Assembly: GCA_951406725.2 (NCBI GenBank)
Contig: OX597819.1
Location: 34,472,001 to 34,536,000, forward strand
Direction of reading: 5' to 3'
Length of the DNA: 64,000 nt
DNA from: Octopus vulgaris
Taxonomy: Eukaryota
The position numbers were made by a program, and so were the translations under genes. The first letter of the stretch is position 1, and every line of letters starts with the position of its first letter. The notes under the pieces are model-generated. The model was not told the origin of the DNA. It saw only the letters and a program-made list of their open reading frames with translations, and made no database searches. Of the stretch, positions 54,446 through 64,000 are shown piece by piece.

Positions 54446-54739
54446 TGTACACCACCACTTTGTCAGACCCAATACTGCCACGATCTGAGACTTAAACTAC
54501 CACAACTTGAGACTTATCATCATCCCAATGACAATTGTCTACCACTAACCCAATGTTGTGGGTTTGTGCCATTCCAATGCCAATACCTTAATGCCAGTCC
54601 TACACCAGGCATGTCTTTCACCTCAAATACAAGACCGTCCACTACTCCAATCTGAGACATGCCACCATTTTAATACTAAACATGCCACCACTACAGTGTT
54701 TATTACCTGCCCTCCACACCAGGGCTAGCACAATACCAC

Positions 54740-55172
54740 AAAATCGATGAACATCAATGGAATTTGTATTTTTGTGGTACCAGTGCCGGTGGCACATAAG
54801 AAAACCATCCGAACGTGGCCGTAGCCAGTACCACATCGACTGGCCTCTGTGCTGTGGGCACATAACAAACACCATCCGATCGTAGCCGTGCCAGCCTCGC
54901 CTGGCACTTGTGTCGGTGGCACAAAAAAACACCATCCGAGCATGGCCGTTCGCCAGCCTCGTCTGGCACCTGTGTCAGTGGCACATCACATAAAAAGCGC
55001 CCACTACACTCACGGAGTGGTTGGCGTTAGGAAGGGCATCCAGCTGTAGAAACTCTGCCAGATCTGACTGGCCTGGTGCAGCCTTCGGGCTCCCCAGACC
55101 CCAGTTGAACCGTCCAACCCATGCTAGCATGGAAAGCGGACGTTAATCGATGATGATGATGATGATGATGAT
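54740..55172 (+). mobile_element. Family B copy, same subfamily as 7006-8635
   Basis: GATGAACATCAATGGAATTTG start, monomers, (GAT)n. Confidence 0.9.
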
Positions 55173-55490
55173 GACACCTACGCTCCACCACCAATGTTAT
55201 ACCTACCACTCTAATAACAGATCTACCACTGCTGCAAAATCTGAAATGTCAGAGGACCACATCTTGCACCAGTATCTCAGTTTTTTGGTTCAGTTTCTGC
55301 AACTTGGTGTCCTTCTTAACACCAACCACTTTACACAGTGTACTGCATGCATTTTTTCATTATAGCAGTGTTTTAGGTGCCTGTGAGGCTAAATAGTTTC
55401 ACAAACTCCTGCGTTGTTAGCTCAACCCTCTGGCTTGCTAGATCCTGTCAAACTATCCAAGCCATGCAAGCATGGAAAATAGATGCTAAA

Positions 55491-55840
55491 TCATCATCAT
55501 CATCATCATCATCGTTTAGCATCCGCTTTCCATGCTAGCATGGGTTGGACGGTTCAACTGGGGTCTGGGAAGCCAGAAGGCTGCACCAGGCCCAGTTTGA
55601 TCTGGCAATGTTTCTACGGCTGGCTGCCCTTCCTAACGCCAACCACTCCATGAGTGTAGTGGGTGCTTTTTACGTGCCACCGGCACAGGTGCCAGGTGAG
55701 TCTGGCAAACGGCCACGATTGGACGGTACTTTTTATGTGCCACCGGCACGGGGGCCAGGCGAGGCTGGCAATGGCCACAAACAGATGGTGCTTTTTACGT
55801 GCCACTGGCACGGGGGCCAGGCGAGGCTGGCAACAGCCAC
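55491..55840 (-). mobile_element. Family B copy
   Basis: (CAT)n, 3' domain, three monomers. Confidence 0.9.
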
Positions 55841-55996
55841 ATATATTAAGTTAGTTGCATGTTAGCATTGATATATATATACATGCACACACACACACGT
55901 GTGTGTACATATACGTGTGTGCAACAGAACTGAAAAGATAGATTAGTAGCAACAATGTTGTCAGCAACAACAATAATGGTAGTGATGTGATATGAC

Positions 55997-56032
<36 letters not shown>

Positions 56033-56419
56033 ATGATATGATGATGATGATGATGATGATGACAATGGCCAAATTTCTGTAATATTCGATATTTCTAAAT
56101 TGAGAAGAAGTGAAAACAAACATAATGGTGATATACATTCAGAATTGAAGTCTTTGGTCCTGAGAACATCAAAGAGACAACATTTGTCACAAATTTAAAT
56201 AGAATGCGATAAAATGCAATAAAAGCAACATAAAAAAAAAAAAAACATCTAAATTCCACAAGGAATGGTAAAGATGAAAGCAATCCAAGCAGAAAGAAGT
56301 TCTATTAACTAGTCCAGCACACGCTGACCATTTCTATAGATAAAAACTAATAAAGAAAAAACTTATCAACTCAGCTCAATAATTATTTTTGTCATCAATA
56401 TCTCTACTTTAATATCATT

Positions 56420-57115
56420 CTTTGTCATTGGAACTGTCATCTATCATCATTAGAACAATTATCAACACTTTTATTTCACTCATCATCACTGATATCATCA
56501 TCATCATCATGTCATCAACATCATCAGTCATCGTCATCATCATCAGTCATCGTCATCAGTTGTTTTTATTGTCAACTTTAGTCATCATCATCATCATCAT
56601 CATCATTGTTGTCATCATGGCAAATAAAAGAAATCATTATCACTGTTATCATTGCCATCATTGTCACTATAACACCAATATTTTATTGTAAATCATTGTT
56701 ACTATCATCATCATCATCATTATTACCAGCAACATTATCATCACAGTAATCATCATTATTATAATCATCATTGTCATGATCAACATCATCACCAGCAATA
56801 CCATTTTATTTATTTATTGTTCAACTCTTATTATTATTATTATTGTCGTCATTGTCATCGTCATCATCTTCATCACAACTAGTATTGCTATCATCAGAAT
56901 TATTCTGCTTATTGTTATCATTGCTGTGTAGTTATCAATATTGGATTATCATCATAACTGTCATCACCATTGTCATAATCCAAGTTCATTACCATCAGCA
57001 TCAACATCATCATAATCATTATCAGTATTGTGAATAATGTCATTATCACCAACAGTGCTATACATGCCATCACCACCTTCACCACCACCACCACCACCAC
57101 CACCACCACCACAAA
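56420..57115. repeat. Degenerate (ATC)/(ATT)/(ACC) trinucleotide region
   Basis: Direct read. Confidence 0.9.
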
Positions 57116-57727
57116 TAACTGGCATATATATAAAAAAAACATTTTATCTTATGCTTCAGCAATAACAAGACGGATATTCTCAAGAAGATTTGAAAACAAA
57201 ATGGAAGCAGGGAGGAAAAAAAGATAACAGAGAGTGCTTAAGCAACAAGGGGATAATCCTTCTTAAACCAAAAGGAAGAGAATGACAATGATGACGACAC
57301 AACAATGATGACAGCCAAAACATTTCTGTGATGTAACTAGCGAGAAAGAACGCTGAAAGTTTATCAGAGTGTTTGCCAGTGTCAAGAGGCAAGAAGTTTC
57401 ACACAAGCAAAATGAACTGGTTTTAAGCTGGTCTGAAAATTGATTTTGTAGTTTATTATATGGAGAAACTAGAAGAATAAATAGATGGAGGTGAAGATCT
57501 GGAATCAGATTACCAGGAGTGAATGGTGGGAGAGCTTAAATGAAAAATGAAGGAATATGAAGCAAAGTAAATATACAGAAAAAGTGTGAAGGGCCAGTTG
57601 AGGTGGAGGTAAAGATAGAGACAGATGGAGATACATATCTCACATATATGCATTAATATATGCTCATACATTCATACACATGTATATATACAGGCTTATA
57701 CATATTCATACATACATATATATATAT

Positions 57728-57945
57728 ATGCAACCACCATGTTGAATCGCTAGCTTCTGCATGCAGTTTTTTTCTCTCTTTGTTTCTCTCCGTGTTTCTT
57801 TTCTGTGTATCTTTCTGTTGAAGAGCGTAGGCTCGAAACATAAAAGACTTGTTTTATTTATATTCCTGAGCGCCATACTAATACAATTGTTTGTTTGTAC
57901 TCCACCTGCCTTCGTTTTTTGTTTATTTTCATAAAGCTTCCCGTT
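57728..57945 (+). mobile_element. Penelope-like short insertion in (TA)n
   Basis: T-rich insert between TA tracts with a central hammerhead motif. Confidence 0.7.
57810..57847 (+). ncRNA. Minimal hammerhead motif, CUGUUGAA core variant
   Basis: Stem I UCUUU/AAAGA; stem II GAGC-GUAG-GCUC; GAA-ACAU-A (probably ACGU ancestrally). Confidence 0.7.
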
Positions 57946-57993
57946 ATATATATGCATATATACTCATACATAAACATATATATATATATATAT

Positions 57994-58306
57994 ATATCAT
58001 ATATTAGCGCTTTCTCCCATTCTAGTGGGGTTTTCAAATCGAACTAAGTTTCTGTGAAAAATTTTGACCATTTTATAGTCAATAACACTATAAAATGGTC
58101 AAAAACTTTTCACAGGAACTTAGTTCAATTTGAAAACCCCACTAGAATGGGAGAAAGCGCTAATATATGATATATGATATAAGTTATATGATGTATAAAA
58201 ACATGTAATATACAAATAAATATCTGTAAATATAAAACCATCTGAATTTCTGAGTACCTCATTTTTTCTAATATAAAATACCTGTACATCATCTCCAAAC
58301 CTTCTA
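57994..58306 (+). mobile_element. Fold-back insertion with decayed hammerhead
   Basis: Arms 57994-58079 and 58087-58173; UUGAAAA-CCCCA..UGGGA-GAA-AGCGCU-A at 58130-58162; TA flanks. Confidence 0.65.
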
Positions 58307-58329
58307 ATATATATATATCATATATACAC

Positions 58330-59920
58330 AGGTCAGATTACTAATGATCCCAAAGAGTATCAGAACATACTGCAGAATGCTGTGCTTGCATTTTTAGTGT
58401 TGAAAATTCAAATGTGCCATCTTTACTGCTACTGACACTCAATTCCATAACATCTGTTGAGTTTATTCCTGCAGTTTTGTAATGTCATTTCAAGCGTATG
58501 TGCAACAACAATTCTCTTGGTTGTGATGATGTTATTTCTCTGTTTCTCAAACATAACAGCCTCTATTTATTGCACAAACTTTCACTCCTCTTCCAATTCT
58601 GCTTTAATAACTGTCTTACTCTGGAACAGTGAAAATTTCCCAGTTTTATTTCCCAATTCAGAAAAAAAATGACCTCACATCACCTGTCAATTATCAATTA
58701 GTCAATCTCATTAGCTATATTGCCAAATTGATGAAGTCCTCTGCTAGAAATTCCGGGACTCTCATAACCTTATTCAAGCTTACTCCAGCAGATGTGACCA
58801 ATTCATGGAGTTTCTGTGAGACATCACTTGAATCACAGATAGCAACACTTGCTTGGATGTTATCTATCTCAGCTTCACCAAAGCCTTTAATTCTGTTCTA
58901 TACAAACAACTTATGGCAAGGTTGTCTGCAATGGACATGAAGACTTATCTTTATAACTGATCGAAACACTTCATTCTCAGTCAAAAAGAGACAGTTATTG
59001 TACTAGGACAACGTCCTGCACTCTATGCAATGATATCTAGAGTTTTGCAGGGATCTGTTCTTGATGCCCTGTTATTTGCAGTATATTAACAAACTAAATT
59101 CAAACATAAAAGCATGTTGCTGTGTTAAAATATGCAGACAAAACTAAGCTCTACCCTGAGATAAAAATATTTTTAAAAAACCCCAGATCTATCTGTTATA
59201 AATCTGTCCCACAAACTGATCCAGATACAATATAGCAATGGACTGCTGATTGGCAGCTGAAGCTGCCTTTAAACAAGTGCACCACTATAATTTTTTAGGA
59301 AGGAAACACCCAGAATTTACCTACTACCTCCACGACACCTGTGGTGTATGCAGGAGATTTGAAGTAAAGACACCTACCTTCTCTTCATAGATGCAGACCT
59401 CACCAGTGATAATGCACCCTTCCACGTGGCCCGACCCAAACGCTAATAATAGCAGCTGCTTTACCCTTACCTTGTCAAAGCGCTCACACGTCCAGCACTG
59501 TCGGTTACCCCAATTGAAAAGGCCCAATCGTCCCCTGCCTGCACGTGCATCACTCCTGCGGCCTTCCTCTTCCAGTCAGCTCCCAAGTTCCAGTCTGCTC
59601 CCAGCTGCTGACGTCATCCCACAACATCAACCTTAAAAAGTCTGCTGGTGAACATGACCTAAGCATTATAATCAACAATGATCTGGGCAGACAAACCTTC
59701 TAAAATCATCAAGAAGGCTAAAGCTATTTCAGCAGCATCCAGATAACCCTTTAAGCTGATTACCAGCTGTCTATTTAACATTACATATGTCTATGACATG
59801 TTCACACTTCCAGTTTGCATCTCCAGTCATCGAATTTCCATGTTGTCCAGAATATCATTTTACTAGATGCTGTCCAGAGATGTGCAACAGACAAATACCT
59901 TTCATCAGTCACTTACCATC
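58330..59920 (+). pseudogene. Decayed CR1-group LINE reverse transcriptase, interrupted by a solo LTR
   Basis: PVNYQLVNLISYIAKLM, FTKAFNSV, VLQGSVL..LLF, KYADKTKLY, DWQLKL..NKC, YYLHDT/NLKKS..EHDL.III. Confidence 0.85.
59340..59623. mobile_element. Solo LTR (284 bp)
   Basis: TGTGG..CCACA termini; 5-bp TSD ACACC and ACATC; removing it restores the LINE reading frame. Confidence 0.85.
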
Positions 59921-60064
59921 ATAGGTGTTGGTGGCAGTGGCATTAACTTGTATCCACGTAGTTAATCTGTAGCAAATGATAGAGCCTCTTCATCTTGATG
60001 GGTGCAAAGGGTGCCAATGCTTGAGGTGGCTGTTCAGGCCAAAGACAGTATAGAAGAGCTATTA

Positions 60065-60215
60065 TTCTGAGTTCAAATTCCGCTGAGGTCAAATTTGCCT
60101 TTCATCCTTTCGGGGTCAATAAATTAAGTACCAGCAAAAACACAGGGGTTCACGTAATCGACTAATCCCCACCCACAAATTTCAGGCCTTGTGCCTTCAG
60201 TAGAAAGGATTATTA
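60065..60215 (+). mobile_element. SINE family D (5'-truncated)
   Basis: Similarity to D copies. Confidence 0.85.
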
Positions 60216-60231
60216 TTATTATCATTATTAA

Positions 60232-60492
60232 AGTGGAGGCACATAGCTTAGTGGTTAGGATGTCAGCACCATGATCATAAGATTGTGTTTTCGATTCCAG
60301 GACTGGGTGATGCGTTGTGTTCTTGAGCAAAACACTTCATTTCACGTTGCTCCAGTCCACTCAGCTGGCAAAAATGAGTAACGCTGTGATGGACTGGCGT
60401 CCCATCCAGCTGGGGAATACATATGCCATAGAAACTGGGAAACTGGGCCCATGAGCCTGGCTAGGCTTTAAAACGGTGCATTTATTTATTTT
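60232..60492 (+). mobile_element. tRNA SINE, C-related, sharing the tail-3 domain
   Basis: tRNA head, GTGTTCTTGAGCAAAACACTT CORE-like block, GATGGACTGGCGTCCCATCCAG domain. Confidence 0.8.
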
Positions 60493-60496
60493 TTTG

Positions 60497-60872
60497 CACT
60501 ATCCGAATGTGGCCGATGCCAGCACCGCCCCGACTGGCTTCTGTGCCGGTGGCACATAAAAAGCACCATCCGAACGTGGCCGTTGCCAGCGCCGCCTTGG
60601 CTGGCTCCCATGCCGGTTGCACGTTAAAAGCTCCAACCGATTGTGGCCGATGCCGGACCCCCCTGGCACCTGTGCAGGTGGCACGTAAAAAGCACCCACT
60701 ACACTCGCGGAGTGGTTGGCGTTAGGAAGGGCATCCAGCTGTAGAAACTCTGCCAGATCAGACTGGAACCTGATGCAGCCACCTGGCTTCCCAGACCCCG
60801 GTTGAACCGTCCAACCCGTGCTAGTGCGGAAAACAGACGTTAAACGATAATGATGATGATGATGATGATGAT
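60497..60872 (+). mobile_element. Family B copy
   Basis: Three monomers, 3' domain, (GAT)n. Confidence 0.9.
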
Positions 60873-60874
60873 GA

Positions 60875-61080
60875 AGGCGGTGTGCTGACAGAATCATTAG
60901 CAGACTGGGCAAAATGCTTAGTGACATTTTGTCCATCTTGGTGTTTTAACTTCAAGTACTGCCAAGGTTGACTTTGCCTTTCATCTTCTTAAGGTCAATA
61001 AAATAAGTACCAGTTGATGTAATTGACTTTTCCCCTCCCCCCCAAAAAATTGGTGGCCTTGTGCCAAAATTTGAAATCAA
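60875..61080 (+). mobile_element. SINE family D
   Basis: Similarity to D copies. Confidence 0.85.
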
Positions 61081-61445
61081 TGCCGCTTGGGTGAAGAAGT
61101 AATGTTAAATAGAATTATGGAAATGACTGAAAATAGGTAAAAATTGATGAATAAAGAAATAGATGAAAATGTGCGAGAAATTTCTTGTTCATTGAGAAGA
61201 GAGAGAAAAGAAGAAAAAAAGAGATAAATAAATATAAAAGACGATATTCTGATCTATTCCAATGTCATTCACTGTTAGAGAAATATTAAGTAATCCAAAG
61301 AATAAAGCTAGCCAATCGTTTTGTATGGTCTTTCTCCTCTTTTCCAGAACTTTCTATCCATTATGTCATTCCAATAATGCTTAATAAGTAAATTCTACAA
61401 CCATTTACAGAATCACAATTTTATCTTTTTTCTCCATTTTCTTTC

Positions 61446-61495
<50 letters not shown>

Positions 61496-62141
61496 CTATC
61501 TCTTTGCCTCACACACACACACATACACACATGCACACACACACACATACACACATGCACACACACTAAACATACCAATGATAAAGCCTCTAATGGTCAT
61601 CCAACCTGCTAGAAATAGCAGTCAATCTCCTTCAGATAACTTAAATAAAGAAATATTGTAAAATATAGTCCACAGTACATTATTCCTAAATAAATCAGAA
61701 AGATGGTCATGACCGAAATGTCTTTTATTATAGGTCTGCTCAACCAGTACCTGCCTATGGCTAAACAACAACAACAAAACACATATCAGAAATCAAGAAT
61801 TGAACCTAAACATCCCACAGTTATAGTACCATATTCAGACTCATTTGAATATGTACTCACACACCTATGCAGTCCTTTGGAGGGTGGGGGTGAAGTATTT
61901 TTTTTATTTTCAGTCATTAGACTGTGGCCATGCTGGGGCATCACTTTGGATTTTTTTTTTTTTTAGTTGAATGAATCAACCCCAGTACATCGTTTTTTTT
62001 TAAGTTAATACTTATTCTATTGATCTCTTTTGCAGAACCATTAGGTTACAAGGATACAAACACACCAACACCGGTTGTCAAGTGGAGGTGGGGGAACAAA
62101 CATAGACACAAAAACACACACACACGCACATACACAAACAT

Positions 62142-62180
<39 letters not shown>

Positions 62181-62249
62181 GCCTCAAGCCAACCAAAACC
62201 TTGTCAGAGAATTTGGTTGATGGAAACTGAAAGAAGCCTGTCATGTGTG

Positions 62250-62716
<467 letters not shown>

Positions 62717-63687
62717 CTGTGTGTGTGTCTTTGTGTCTGTTTGTCCCCCACCACTGCTTGACACCTGATGTTGGTGTGTTTACATCTCCATAACTTTGCA
62801 GTTCAGCAAAAGAGAACAATAGAACAAGTACCAAGCTTTAAAAAAAAAATTAGTACTGGGGTTGATACATTCGACTAAAAAAATTTCTTCAGGGCAGCGC
62901 TCCAGCATAGCCACAGTCTAATAATTGAAACTAGTAAAAGACAAAACATACATACATAACAACTATGAACAGAACTTTCCTTTTCTAATTTTCCTTTTGT
63001 TTTACCAAACCATCACACCTAGTATTATCTTGGCAGCAATGAATAATTTACAAAGATTTAATAAACATTGATTCATCTTCATTCCATCAACATCAGTATT
63101 CATTCTATTGTTACAATCTATTTTTCCCAAACATCACACCAGTCAATATAGTAAACTTTAGAAGGGTTAAAAAGCGATAACAAACCAAAGTATTAAAATC
63201 ATATTGGTATATATATATATATTTATTTAGAGACCTTGTCTATCCAAGCTAATTGTAAAAGATGTTAAGGTAAAATTGTAATAAGGGAAATAGGTCAAAG
63301 GTGAATACAGAAACAAAAATGAAAATTGATGTTGAGAATTATTTATTATTCACAAGCGCCTCAATGAGTTTCCCTCCCAACTCCAGATCGACTTTAGGTG
63401 TATGTGTCTTAGTTTTAGGTTCAATATTGTACAAATATTCTCAATCACATCCATGCAGCTGCATAAATGTTGAACCTTAAAGTAAATGACAGGCAGTCAG
63501 ACCTGAAGCTGATCAAGAGTAAAGCCATGTCATTGAAGAGGTCACAAACGGTGACAAAAGGACTTTGACAAACACAACTGATTGGGTGATTAACTGAGAG
63601 ATTAATCAATCAATCGGTAAGTTGGTTAAATAGCTAAGCAATTTATGAATAATAAAGAAGTAAAATTGAATCAATGCGTGTGTATAT

Positions 63688-63908
63688 TGATTTCAAACTT
63701 TGGCACAAGACCAGCAAATTTTCGGGTGCGGGGAGGTAAGATAATTACATCAATCCCAGTGTGCAACTGGTACTTATTTTAGTAATCCTGAAATGATGAA
63801 AGGCAAAGACAACCTCAGCAGAATTTGAACTCAGAATGTAAAGACAGACAAAATGCTGCTAAGCATTTTGCTAAGCATTTTGCTAACAGTTCTGCCAGGT
63901 CACTGCCT
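63688..63908 (-). mobile_element. SINE family D
   Basis: Reverse complement of D. Confidence 0.85.
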
Positions 63909-64000
63909 TTCAGTGCAAGTGTTTATTATAGGCACATGGCCTCCTTATGAAGGTGCATGGCTCAGTGGTTAGAGTGTCAGGCTCACAATTATGAGGTAGT

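Noticed and set aside
56422-57227. Poly-I/H/S/T ORFs
   Set aside because: Degenerate trinucleotide repeats

Overview
AT-rich, repeat-saturated animal DNA, probably intronic or intergenic. The SINE set and microsatellite load suggest an octopus or other coleoid cephalopod (inference, not database-checked). No intact host protein-coding gene is supportable. Nearly all ORFs in the track are microsatellite or repeat artefacts. Recognisable content: (1) three tRNA-type SINE groups (called A, C and D here); (2) an abundant (GAT)n-tailed, 5'-truncated retro-element with tandem double-hairpin monomers (B, probably an RTE-LINE 3' UTR); (3) decayed hAT and Tc1/mariner (maT-like) transposases; (4) two R4/Dong-like restriction-like-endonuclease LINE ends, a Tx1/L1 3' end in (TC)n, and several CR1-group remnants; (5) a solo LTR plus piggyBac and hAT MITEs. 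The most striking signal, invisible in the ORF track, is a dense set of short insertions next to (TA)n tracts that carry minimal type-I hammerhead ribozyme folds with palindromic stem III. Six are readable by eye and about eight more are decayed, and they differ from one another in sequence. Many sit in fold-back inverted-repeat structures typical of Penelope-like elements, and several have non-canonical catalytic cores. All folds were done by eye and none has been tested.
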